From Catajapyx aquilonaris (lineage: Eukaryota), in NCBI GenBank assembly GCA_000934665.2, contig KZ538118.1, forward strand, positions 62,001 through 120,133: 58,133 nucleotides of DNA, given 5' to 3'. Of the stretch, positions 25,636-52,144 are shown in pieces (the first letter of the stretch is position 1; each line of letters opens with the position of its first letter). The notes beneath the pieces are model-generated. The model was not told the origin of the DNA and made no database searches. It was given only the letters and a program-made list of their open reading frames with translations. Position numbers and translations under genes: made by a program.

Positions 25636-27007
25636 ATGGCGAGACTGTGCGTACCTTTCAATTTTTTAGCTGTCCTTCTAGTGGTGTCAATCATAGCCTC
25701 TTCATTCTTCATGTACCAGTTGCTTAACAGTTTTTACCACGCCAGAATGAGGCATAAGGTTCGGAGCAAACCAGTTACACACGTTAAGACAATACTCTTC
25801 TGGAATCCTTTCTATGGCGACCCTTACTTCAATTTTGGTCGAGGTCAGCTGCCGTTTCAGGAAGCAGGGTGTCCCGAAACACGCTGTTTCGCATCTGCAG
25901 AAAGGTAAGGACATTAACCACGAGATCTGAAATGTTGATCTTCATTATGTCTGGCTTTGCGTATATAACAAGGACTCTGCAGCCGATAGAGAGATGGGAC
26001 GCTATAGTGTTTCACGGGTACAACGTGAACTCTACGGACATACCGAAGAGGCGATCACCACGACAGAGATACGTCTTCTACATGCTGGACGCTCCAAGTG
26101 TGCCCAAGATGAACCTGACACCATTCGACAACTTTTTCAATTGGACCATGACCTACAGGTGAGCCATACAATATATTGTTCCATAGATTTATTAGTTCAG
26201 ATAATTTATGCAGACAGGACTCGGACATACCATTACCGTACGGATGGGTTGCGTCCAAGTGGGATAAGATGAACAAGCCGGTAACAACGTGGATTCCGGA
26301 GATGCCGTACGATGGTCCGAACGTGGCTGCCAAGAAGACCAAGAAGGCTGCGTGGTTCGTGTCCAACTGCGACACCACCAGCCAGAGAGAGGTCCTGGCC
26401 AACATGATTTCGAAGTCCGTCATGCTGGATGTGTACGGACGGTGCGGGAACAGGAAGTGTTCCAAGAAAAAGTGGAACGAGTGCATGGATATGCTGGACA
26501 AGGAGTATAAGTTTTACTTGGCCTTCGAGAACGCTCTTTGTAAGGACTACGCCACTGAGAAATTCTTCAATGCGCTTGCTCTTGATGTAAGTCATGTTGC
26601 TTTAATGTCTCCAGTATAATTCCTGCTGTTTTTTCTTCCAGATTGTACCGGTAGTGTACGGAAATGCTGAGTATTCACGATTAGCCCCGCCAGGTTCCTA
26701 TGTCAACGTCAATTCATTCCAGTCAGTTGATGACCTGACTGATTACCTGGAGAACCTGGATGACAACGACACCTTGTACAATCAACACTTCTGGTGGAAG
26801 AAGTACTACAAGGTGGTTGGAGTTGGTGGCTCCACTGAGAGGAATCACAACTCTGGCTTCTGTCGCTTATGCCAAATGCTCCATTTAAACAAGCCGGTCC
26901 ATTCTTACAAGAGTATGACCAACTGGTGGATTCATTTGGGACACTGCACGTGGCCATTTTTCTACAGGGACCAGTTATTCCAATGGAATCTGTGGCAAAA
27001 GAATTGA
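25636..27007 (+). CDS. Alpha-1,3-fucosyltransferase (GT10, arthropod FucT-C-like), 397 aa
   Basis: join(25636..25904,25973..26158,26214..26586,26642..27007) = 1194 nt, with GT-AG introns of 68, 55 and 55 nt. N-terminal type II TM anchor. Motifs ILFWNPFY, DAIVFH, FNWTMTYRQDSDI, AWFVSNC, YKFYLAFENALCKDYATEKFFNAL (alpha-1,3-FucT motif), IVPVVYG, CRLC. Confidence 0.95.
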
Positions 27008-27483
27008 GAGCAAACCCTGTGGACATTCCGCAACATGTTCGAAAGGGCTGCCACGAAGACTTCTCTATGCCACAGGCCGGTGAATCCTAAGTGTACCAAT
27101 GCTCAACTAGTTTGAAATTTGTGCTAAGTTCTCAAATAACTGCCTAATGTACTGCTATTTATTAGTGCAGTCAGGTCCTGCTTGGTATGAATACCCTCTA
27201 CTTCTGCATGGTCATCTGGTCTGCAGAAAAATCCATATAGCCAAACGGTAGATATTCCCTTGGGAAGAGCTCCAATAAGTTCACTGGAATTCCACTGATG
27301 TCTCTGCACCAATGCTAAAAATATATGATGCCATAACCTTCTATATACCATACATATAAATATTTGATTAAACATCATTGGAATTCCAGTAAAGTTGTTC
27401 GGACATCTTTATGACCATGAGAGTACATGCTGTTATTTTACGTGCCATTAGGTCACTGCAAATATTCAGTTTTTGTACTCTGT

Positions 27484-27489
27484 AATAAA
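27484..27489 (+). terminator. Candidate polyadenylation signal of the fucosyltransferase
   Basis: AATAAA about 480 nt after the stop codon, followed by a T/GT-rich stretch. Confidence 0.55.
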
Positions 27490-27499
27490 ATACAATGTT

Positions 27500-30400
27500 A
27501 CTGCAACTGTACAAAATGTTTTATTATGATTTTCATGTCAGCAGCTACCACATTAAAAGATAGACAAAGATAACTCCAGCAGTTATCCAATGCAGCACAC
27601 AAATACTATAGCCATACTTTTAAGATCTTGAAGTAAAAAAAAAATAACACACAAGATCCACAAAATAGCAAAAGGGAAACAATAAAATGACAATGGGAAA
27701 AGGAAGAGCAAAGTCAGAAACAATATGAAAACCTGATGATGCAAATAAAAAACCTTCATTCAAGTTCAGGCTATTGTTGCAACTTGCTAGCATGCAAAAA
27801 AAATAAATAAAAAATAAAGGATAAAAATAATTCAGTTATGAGATTCCACGATTTGAAACCTCCTTTCCAGTGGCTGATATCCCTCTCAGTCGAATTCAAG
27901 TAACGGTGCACTGTAACCCACGAGAAGAAATAAACGGCAAGTTAAGTCACCATTTGGCAAACAAATACTTGGGCTTCATCCTACAAGAATCTTTGAAGAG
28001 TTTCAACAAATACTCAGATTCCTTACAAGGAAGATTTAAAAAGAAATCAACTATCTGGTATTAAATGTATTATTTTTCAATGATGATGTATGGTAAATGT
28101 TTTATATTCACATGCAACAAGGTATCCCATGACTTTCTTTTGTAGTTATTTACCAGGATTTAAGTACTCGTAGCATTTTTATTATTTTTCAAGCATCTGC
28201 AGTGTTGACTGTGTGGTCTCCCAGCTAAATCCATCACATTGAAAATATTAAAATTCCTGGTTTATGTACAAAAATTATCCTGCTACACTCTAAATTCTAT
28301 ATATATTTTTTATTATCATTTATCATTTTAAAAAATTGAAAACTCTTGAATCAAACCTTTACACAAGGTGAAAAGTGGAAGAAATCAATCTTCTCAAGGT
28401 GCAAAAGGAAACGAATATCAAATACTTCCAGAACATGTAGGTATTTTAATGAGTTCCTTTCACATCTTGACAAGCACCAAACTTTTTTTTTTAAAAAAAG
28501 AAAGATAAACGAAAGAGCCATTCAAATATGTTTAGTTGGATCACATTCCAGAAACCCACTGGGTCTACGAGTTTTCCATTTATTCATGTCACAAAAACAA
28601 AATCATGGCAGCACCATTACAAAAAAAATAAAAAATAAATCATTGTACATCCATGAAATAATTTCCAGATTCTTTCTCCGCATTTGCATAAACCAGATTA
28701 CCTACCACTCAATATTACTTCAACATGTGTTTCTGACCGAACTTGTTCCAACTCACAAGAATTTTGTTTTCAGTCACACTTACAGAATTCATAAACACTA
28801 TTTCAATACAAAGTGTAGCAGAATGAAAATAGTCCTATGACTGACCATCTGTTAATTATTTTGTACTTGGGACTAAATTCACATCCTGATTGTGCATGCG
28901 TTATAGTGAAAAACCTGTCAGCACGGAATCAATAGCAGCTTTCAGATAGTACCCCTCTCGGTAATTATCCCTCAGAAAATTGCACCCATTCAAAAAAAAG
29001 AATTAAAAATATATGACTTCAGATAAAAAAAGAAAAAGAAAACCTCATGCTATTGCAACGAAAAGACACGAATATTGCACCACATGTACAGATTTTCATT
29101 AACCACAGCTGAAAGTAGTCGCTATGTTTTGATATGCAAGGAGAAAAAGATACAACATGTTAAATGTGTCACTGCTTCATTCGCATTGCAAAAGTCTTGC
29201 CTTTATTTTTTTTGTTTTTGTTTATCCAGTTTTTATGAAATGCCCACAAAACTAAAATTTTTGCCAATCTGTATTGCACATTTAAACTGCTTCCCAAAAT
29301 CAAAGACTTTGCTTCCATTTCATAGGAAGTTTCAAGAGGAAGACAAAATAAAACTTGAAGACAGGAAAAACACAACTTAAAAGTGGGTAAAAGACACTAA
29401 AAAGTTTACACACATGTGGGAGGGATCAAGGTAATAATTACCTTTTTGGGATATCAGAAAAAATGCACCAAATTGTACACGTCAGATCAAAAAAGTGTCT
29501 ACCTTTGGGTGGCCTGCAAAAATTCATCAAAATTAGTACTGACCTTTTTCGATAACCCAAATCTTTGGAAGGTAACTAAATATATAGTAGCAATCACATA
29601 TATTTTTTTTAAAATCATGCATACTCTCAAACTCTCAATATTTTAAAAAAAATGCACAGCAGTAAGAGAAGGCTAGAATCCACTCTGCACCTTTGCATTA
29701 CAACCACAAGATTAATTTATACAGCGAGTTCTTTTTTTTTTTTTCTTAATCTGAGATCACTCGATGTTTTAGTTCTAGCTTCTCCCTGCAGTATACATAA
29801 TAAAGGGCTTGAGAAAAAAAAACCATACGAAATAAAGATAATAAAAGCTGCCACAATGATTATCTCTGCACAAAAATCTCCTAGGATCCCGCCTCATACC
29901 TGTACCATAGCTCATTTAAAATGTACAAACTCCCCAAATATTGTTGGCCCTCCCATGATGTAAAATCATTCTCTCTTATCTCTTCTCTCTCTCTCTCTCT
30001 CAGAAAGCTTTACACTTTGCAAGCGAAAATAAACTTTAGTCCTCGGCCATCCTAGACGATAAGAATATTATTGATATGATAAAATGTACAAGTACTGTAG
30101 AAGAAAGGCACTTGAGTTAGTGCAAATGTTGAAAAAGGAGTTTTTTTTTGTCCATTTTCGCTATAACACTACAGCAGACGGGAATAAGAGTTTCTTCTTT
30201 TTTTCTTTTCTTTTTTTCTTTTTGCTCTAAGTACAAGGAACCTGCATCACACATGATATGGCAGTTCAAATATGGCTCTAAAATAACACACATAATATCC
30301 CAAATGTCCTCTCAAATAATCTCAACCTGCTTGGCACAACTTGTCCTTTTTTTTCTCTCTCTTTCAGCTAGGTTAACTCCCATCATAATTATAATCTTCA

Positions 30401-31700
30401 TATGCATAAATGGTAACTTAAGAACCTGCTCGAATATGACAAAAATCAATGCGTCAACCTGTATAAACTTGTCCTTCACATTTTTCTTTGGAAAGCTATG
30501 AGGGACAAGTGAGACTTTTAAATGGGAAAGGTTTTTTTTGCAGAAAGACAGAATGCGACTCTACACTTAAGATCACACCGTGTTCAACAACATCTGTCAC
30601 ATACGCTGTGAAATATTTTTTAAACGAATTCCCACTTAAAAAGGGTACAAACATCGCAACAAACCATTTTCCTCATATTACACTCTTAAAGAGGACATTC
30701 CCCAAAACTTTGCACAGTTGATGTTATTTTTTTTTCATGATACGGTAATAATAAATGCAGAAAAATGACAAGTGACACCCATAACTCTCAGGGAGCAATT
30801 TTTTTTTTCTCTTTTTAATGCACATCCAACGCTTCAAAAAGGACAAAGATTTGGGAAAACCAGTGATTTTTTTTTGTTCATCAAGGGAGAATGCAATTAT
30901 TTTTTCTTAACTTAAAATAGCTTTGAAGATGTGCTAAGAACTTGGTTCATCTTCACAGAAGACAAGATGATGAAAACTTGTTGCTGCACTTGTTAACTGC
31001 CATTATTACTTTCTTTAAAAAACAAAGGACATATTTTAAAACTTTTATACTAGCTGCATGAAGACCAAATAAATCTCAGCTGCTCACCCATATATCTTTT
31101 TTTTCTTTTTTTTGAAAGGGACATTTTGTCTATACTGTTATATTTTCAGCTGCCATTTTTTGCAACAACTTTTCTCTCTCTCTCTCTCTCTTACTGCTAT
31201 TTTTTGCTTGTTTTTTTTAAATCCCACTTTTCATTTTTTTTCTTCTTTTAGTTATACAAGTCTATATACTCCACTTGGTGAAGCATCATCGGCTGGACTA
31301 AATAAACTTGGGAGATCAAAATACCAGTAGATTTTCAATAACATTTTCTACCACAGGTATCCTGCCTACTTTGGCCACTTCAACAAACATTTTTTTTTTA
31401 AATATCACCTGCAGCTATTGTTCGTATTTTTTAAATCCTTCGCAATCCTCTTCTCTGTCCTCCACACTTCACTAAGCTGCCACTGTGCATCTTGTGTCCT
31501 TGAAATCTGCTCCGTTTAAACAGGAAGGAGAACTGATTTTTTGGGAGCGGGGATGTTCTCCATCCAAAAGAGCAAAAAAAAAAAAAACACAGATAGTTTG
31601 TAGGCACTGTTTGAGATACTAAGGAAAGGTATAGATGGCATTTTTTCCAAAGGAAAAGGGATGATTTCTGGGGGAAAGATGAGAGTCAAACAAGCTAGTA
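27500..31700 (-). other. Probable long (~4.2 kb) U-rich 3' UTR of scalloped/TEAD
   Basis: Very AT-rich with many A-runs on + (U-runs in the transcript), no credible ORFs, directly downstream of the TEAD stop codon. Confidence 0.5.
27520..27525 (-). terminator. Candidate distal polyadenylation signal of scalloped/TEAD
   Basis: TTTATT on + (AATAAA on -) at the edge of the strand-biased A-rich block that runs from the TEAD stop codon. Confidence 0.45.
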
Positions 31701-45473
<13,773 letters not shown>

Positions 45474-46330
45474 CTTGGCGGCTGACGGTGACAACGTTCT
45501 GAAATACAAGAAGGGGCATGGGTTAGAAAAATTACAACAATCTGCAGGTCATTCTACAATAAGAACATTTTTTTTAAAAAAGTACGAAATTTGGTGAAAT
45601 ATATAGGTTATCGATATTTATGCAATGTTACAAACCAATATATCGATATTTTTGGGGTTGTATACCACTAGACAGCTGTTCCACCGTCCATATAATCATT
45701 CAATGTGGCCTCATCACCGCCAATGTTTCCACCCCGTTTCGCTCCAATAGCACATAAATATCCCAGGTCGCTGCCTATTAACAAGTAAGAGAGGCGGAGA
45801 GAGCTAGCTGAGAGGGGGAGAGGAAAAAACCGATACATCTGACTCTGAATTGCAAGAACTGTTCGCACGCAATCGGCAACAATGCGATGCTTTAACATGA
45901 ATAGCAAATGGGCCCCAATCACGAGGGCAACTTTCGCGGAAATATTCGCTTTCCTTTTTTTTTCTTTTTAAAGAGATATATTCAGGGGGGGGGGGGGGGG
46001 GNGGGGGGGGGTTTGCACAAAATGCACCGCCTGTGATGAATGACACGATCCGGCGAGGACAGGCGGCAGTTTATTTGGAGGGACGAGGAAAGTCAGACAC
46101 TGCGGACGGGTTTTACCCCTATCCGGTAATTTACGGCCCGTGGGCGATAAGCGCGCATCCACTTACACATCATGCAGCTCCTATTCGGAACTAATAAATA
46201 AAACAAGGCCCCAGTTCTCGGTGCGGTAGAATTTATCAACCTGTGAAATTTTCAAGTCCTAAACCTCTAGAGTCTAGACAACACAAACGTTATTTTCGTA
46301 TGGCATAAAAAGCATTTTAGAAGCAAACAC

Positions 46331-46486
46331 AATCGATATTTGCTGCAATATTATCGATATTTATGCAATATCAGTTTCGATATGTATGTGTCATTATCGA
46401 TATTTATGCAATATCAGTTTCGATATGTGTGTGTCATTATCGATATTTATGGGTTATCAATTATCGATATTTATGGGTTATCGATG
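46331..46486. repeat. Tandem repeat (43 bp period, then shorter units) rich in TATCGATA
   Basis: TATCGATA at 46352, 46395, 46438 and 46462. Unit TTATCGATATTTATGCAATATCAGTTTCGATATGTRTGTGTCA. A related fragment lies at 45608-45660. Confidence 0.8.
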
Positions 46487-48690
46487 ATCAATATGGAAAT
46501 CCAGTCGCACAGCCATATTCATAGTCTGAGAACGCAAATTGTGGGTTCCCAAAAGTTGCTTTTTTTTAGTTGGTTGTTTCCTGCTGGGTGAACCCTAGGT
46601 GGAGCTGGGTCGCACCCTCATCTGTATGCCTTGGGCGGTCACGGCCAGCTGGTTCCACACGCCCACGCCGCCATTATGAGCCCAGCCAAGCCAGAGAGAA
46701 GGCCTCCCCGCTTCCGATCAAGATGATTCCATCAGACTGAAAAAGGAGCCCAACGGGTCTGATCTACGACACCGGTCGGATTTTTTTTTTCTTCCTTTTC
46801 TGGTGCCTGGGTGTAATAGGGGCAGTGCCTCTCTTCAGAGATCAGTCACGCCGACATTATTCTCATCTCCAATCTTGATATCGGGGGTTGACATTTTTCC
46901 AGGAAGCCAAAAAATCTCTTAAGAGTTTGGCATTAATTTTCAGGATCAACAGTAATATTTTTGACGCCCATAGCAGCTTACAGTTGGAACACCCTCTATT
47001 GTGATGGCAAAATATAATTCGAACTGAACCGAAGCAGCCCCTCAGCCAAACGCCACATATAACATTGGGTGTGGTCGGTTTTCATGTCCTCGATAAGCGA
47101 CAATTTTATCAGCGCTGCATTCCTTGTTGCTTTATTATTCAAGTGGTGGTGGGTGGGTGGGCGAGGGGTAAAGCCCATAGCCTAAAATTGCTCATTATCG
47201 ACCCCTTTTCCATATTGCTCCTTGCAAACTGTTGCGTCAACTTCCACCAAAAAATGGCTGTAAACTTTTGTTGGCCCATATAAACGCGTCCTTTTGCACT
47301 TTCTACCAGGTTTTACACCCCCGAGAACCGTAATTGCACTACCGGTACGCTCCCATAAATCTCCATCGGTACTGCGAAAATACACACCAATCAAGCGATT
47401 TTGAAACACAGCACCACCCGTTATTTCTCCTATCCCTGAAAACATATGTGCATTATATTTTGTGAGCCAAACACTTGGGTGTCCAAGGCCAGTCTAGTCG
47501 CCTCGATTAATCCAGCGGTACCTTTTTGCAGTCCAGAAATAAAACCGCGCGTTCATCCGACATGACATGACGAAATATGGCGGAGGGCCTTCCCATGTGA
47601 CTCAACCAACGTCAGCATGACCCCCATTCAACTCGAGAGTCTTTTGGAGCAACGCCCAAGTACCCAACCGACGCCTTGTCAAGCATCAACATGGGTGGTG
47701 GGTAATAAGATGCAAAATATTCCTTTGGCATCGAGAGAGGGATGACCCGTTTGAGTAATCTCCAATGCTTATGCATCAGGGTTCAAGATCACGAGGGCAT
47801 TGACTACCCCTTAGACATCATGTAAAAAAAGAGTAACAACCAGAAGTATCTTCAGTGAGTAAAACGGTGTACTGTAGTACTTGTCTGACTCATTGGTTAG
47901 CTTCCCAGGTAAATATTCTCCGTCGACCTACCCAACTGTAACTGGTTACTCGTGCTGCCCTACCACACTTGTTTTTCCCCCCATTACATAAACAATGGAG
48001 ATGCCGCATGACCGTGCGTGCACAACGGGCATTGACCATCGTTTGTACCTAAACATTCGACACTTTCTGTATATGTTCCTCCGGTTCTATTTGAGCAGAG
48101 GTCAGACCGAAAGAAACAAGGCTAATTGAGGCAAAGTAGGGCAGTCGAGGGGATGATGGAAGTGTCCAGAGGTTGGCCCCTTCCATTATCCTAATACTGT
48201 ATCTGCTGCACCACACACACGACGCTCTAATTAACTTTTATGAGCCTCTTTTATGGGGGGACTCACACAAGGCGCCATTTTTTTTTTTCGGCGTTCCTCT
48301 TCCGCACGGTGCTCGACGACCTTTGCAGTCGGAAATTACCACCGCGGAAAATGCCGGGGATGGTATTCCGGTGTGCGCCACGTAATGTAATTGCATATTA
48401 TGTCATCTGATGGTAAGAGTCACGGCACGAAAAATGATCACACCGCAGGGCTGTTGATGAAGGTATTTGGAATGATTGGATGTTGAGGGGGTGGGGGGGG
48501 GGGGCTGCTAGAGGGCGGAGAAAATCCAGCAAACGCATGGACGCATCGTTGAGCGTCCATCCCTCATGCCGCCTGCGCCTAATCGGATTTCCGAGGCTGG
48601 CTTCCCACTTTATGAGGCGCACGCACTGGTCCGTTTATTAATTACTGCGATAGTCCCCACCCGCCACTGCCAGCCTCGAGTCACGTCACG

Positions 48691-48812
48691 AACTGAACGA
48701 AATATCAGCCGAAAACGTGAACGAAAAGTGTGACTCCTCCTACTTGTCCGGCGCATGCGCGTTACGGGCTCACGCATGCGCACGACCAAGTGGGTGGAGC
48801 TACGCATGCGCA
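48691..48812 (-). promoter_or_regulatory. Candidate promoter of scalloped/TEAD: three NRF1/Ewg-type motifs plus Inr
   Basis: GCGCATGCGC at 48751, ACGCATGCGCA at 48772 and 48802, and TCAGTT on the - strand at 48696-48691, all in a CpG-rich patch. Confidence 0.5.
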
Positions 48813-51800
48813 GAAGGGGCTGGACAATCAACTTCTGCGCACGTTATGTGCCATATAGCACAAAATTGCATACCGGTAACGTGGGTAAAATTTGTAAAAT
48901 AATACTATTACATTAATAATTAAAAATGCAATGTGTAAAATAAAATAATTTAAATAAAATCGACAGGCCCCTAACGTGTCGATTCCAAAACATGTGGTTG
49001 TTGCTCTTTGTCCTGGAGTTTTACACCACTACAGCGCACGAGTGGTTGGAGCCCGGTTTCACGGTTCGCGTTTCCGGTCACTACACTGCCATTACCTAAA
49101 GTACAAGTCATCTATGGGCCGGGCACCGACACAAACGCTGGCTTCGAATATCCCGCGCACCATCAGGCACTCACGGCCAACACTGCCCTCCAAAAAGCCT
49201 CCCTCGGCCAACCTTGTTGCTACACGGTTGCCAGGGGAGGTATACGTGGTGGTGGTGATGGTGAAGTCAGGGGGTCCTTGTCTTGCCCCTCCTTTCACCT
49301 GCGGGCTTTTCAGGCCCACTTCCGCTGCCCACCTGAGTGGCCTGGCCAGGTACAGCTACTCATCACAAGAGTCTGTCCGTCTTTAGCATCACGCACCTGT
49401 TCACCCATCACGTGATTAGAATAGCCCGGCACATATCGCACTTTAAAATCCGGATCGATGCCCGTTTGTGCCGGCAATCATATTTTAATCGAGGCGGGTT
49501 CTAAATTTCCAATATGATGTGTAAATATTGACATATTTATCTGTCCACCGGCGAAGGTAAACAAGTGCCCATCCGTTTCAACACTGGGGCCAACATCACA
49601 CAATAATACAGTGTCAGGGGCAATCATTCCCATTGCAAATAATTTTACCCCCCCCATCCAGCCAGTAAAAGGTCACGCTTCTACTGTTATTTATCATTAT
49701 TCATTACCATTCCGAACCCGGTCTGGCTTCTGACAAAACAATGCATTGTTCCCACACCCGAAAAATCTCGCTTTAGAAAGAGACCTGACCCAATTCTCAT
49801 CCCTGAGGGCAAAGTCAAGCTTGGAGGAAGAAACAGAAGAAAAAAAAAAGATGGTCTCCGATAAAATTTCGTTTCGCCTTACCTTCCAAGGTTGGAGAGG
49901 AAGAGTACCAGAAAGGTATTTGTGCTGGAGTCATTATCTCTGACTTGTCTTACGTGAGGATTCCGCCGAGGGGAAGCGCTCTTTTGTCCCGCGACAATTT
50001 ATGCCGCGGAATGGAATCCATCCCTTGCTTTGGGAAAAAGGAAGAAAAGGAGAGAGAAACGACGAGGGTTCGCACTCTCACACGCAAGGGGTAAATGAAG
50101 CCTCGCCTGGAGCTACACGCCCGATTACATCTCCATCGGAAGAGAGAAACAGAAACGTTCCTAACCCTCCCCCCCCCAAAAAAAAAATTTAATTCAATGC
50201 GGATACCACCAAACTTTCACTACCATGGAATTTTAAATGGTCCAAAAATTGTATGCAAATTTATCAGCTCCTGTTTCCATGTAAGCTCGTGTCATGGGCT
50301 TGACCCGGTGACTCAGCAACAGGTTGTCGGCCAGGAAACGAGGAACAGAAAGAAAAAAAAAAAGTATCGTAGCTCCACCTTCACATTAGCACTCGACCTG
50401 GACCACACCCTTTCCGCCCGATTCTATTCTCAAATCGAGACAACACGCCCAATGTAGTCAACACCTAAGGAACTTCTTGTGGGGGGGAAAAAGGAGGGGG
50501 TCGGATTTTACTTAACCTTTGAGGACATTGCGTGACACCCAGTATGTAACAATCATTTTTCGGAGGGGTTCTAACTCTTTGTGTTTCAACGGTTCTTTTA
50601 TGGGGTGGCTATAATGTAGTTTCGCATAACCGTACCTAGCCGGAGAAAATTGACGTTCACAAATTTTCTGCCCCCCNNNNNNNNNTTTTTTTTTTCCTAA
50701 TGGAGTCAGCAGCATAAACACGGTACCAGTTCCACCTGCGTGTTCTCTCGCGGACAACGGGTGCCATTAGTGTAATGCACACACATTGCTCACTACGTTG
50801 CATCGTGCTGAAAGTCAGGCGCGGTTTTGCCCTTGCAAATCCTGCCAACATATCGCAAAATATCCCACGCGTGGTCGAGCAATGGCATAATAACTGATAA
50901 ACAAATAACAGCTGTCCTGTTTCCCGCTATATCGTGTTTGGCATTCAAATATAGAGCGCTATTTTTGTGCGCGGTAGTTACGATCTGTACATAAATCCGC
51001 TTCAAAAATTGCGAGTATCGCTGTAAACCCCCGCACTGATTAGTGATTACCATATAGAGCTCGCCTTCGCATTACAAGCCTTTGCTATTATACTGGAAAG
51101 CAACAAACCGCACACGATAAGGAAAAAAGTAAATAAAGCAATAACGGAGCTGGGTATCTCGCAGGAATTTGAATAACATAATATATTTTTAAAAACGCGC
51201 GGAGATTTCCATAGCGCACAAAAAAGCAACAACGCACGCCATTCTGTACCTAATTTTATATATCCTCCATGCCACATTAAGGATATAAAAACGTCAGCTA
51301 ATTAGCTAAAAATGGACTTAGGTGCAAAAAAAAAAAAAATCTTCAATTTCACTCTTGAAATGTCGTGTACGCTGCTTTTCCTCCATAAAAATACCCTGTA
51401 AGTATAACCAAGCATAAAAAACGAGAGTACTGAATAACAATTTGCATCCCAGCGCGTTTCATGATGATGAGATATTTGGTTACATTAGGCAGGCGGAAAA
51501 TGACACACTGCACTGTTAATATTTTTGCCACACATTTCTGTATGTTGCAGCCACGCAATAATGGACAAAAGTTTACTGGGAGAATACGGTGACTAGTGGC
51601 GTGAATCATCGCATATAAAACAAAAAATCCGCACGATATCTGCGTCACAGCTGCGTCACCTTCTCTCATCTCGTTCTTATCAAATGCGATAACACCCGCG
51701 TCTTTCCACAAGGTGACCCACCGCCAATATATTTTTTATTCGTCCCCAAAATTCGCAACATTCCAGGTCCTTTTCGAAGTTCCAGTACGAAACCAGTCGC

Positions 51801-51934
51801 TTTGTCACCCCATATCCGGATAGTACCACAAGCGCACTCGTTGGTCAGCCTATGCGCAATCACACATAGGTGCTCAGCAGCCTCCCAAAAAAAGCCTCGG
51901 CGAGTCATCACCATGGGGTGTTCCCCCCCCCCCC

Positions 51935-52144
51935 NNNNNNNNNNNNNNNNNNNNNNNNNNNNNNNNNNNNNNNNNNNNNNNNNNNNNNNNNNNNNNNNNN
52001 NNNNNNNNNNNNNNNNNNNNNNNNNNNNNNNNNNNNNNNNNNNNNNNNNNNNNNNNNNNNNNNNNNNNNNNNNNNNNNNNNNNNNNNNNNNNNNNNNNNN
52101 NNNNNNNNNNNNNNNNNNNNNNNNNNNNNNNNNNNNNNNNNNNN
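51935..52144. other. Assembly gap (N run) flanked by poly-C
   Basis: 210 N. Smaller gaps at 6863-6865, 39392-39414, 41252-41295 and 50678-50685. Confidence 0.95.

Noticed and set aside
26055..27026. Antisense ORFs of 105-148 aa over the fucosyltransferase (similar ones over GPCR and TEAD exons)
   Set aside because: Shadow frames caused by codon bias of the real genes.
28346..30721. Several 70-164 aa ORFs in the AT-rich block
   Set aside because: K/F/I-rich low-complexity translations of probable 3' UTR sequence.
46331..46486. Regularly spaced repeats resembling a CRISPR array
   Set aside because: Intervening sequences are copies of each other rather than unique spacers, the context is a eukaryotic intron, and no cas genes are present.
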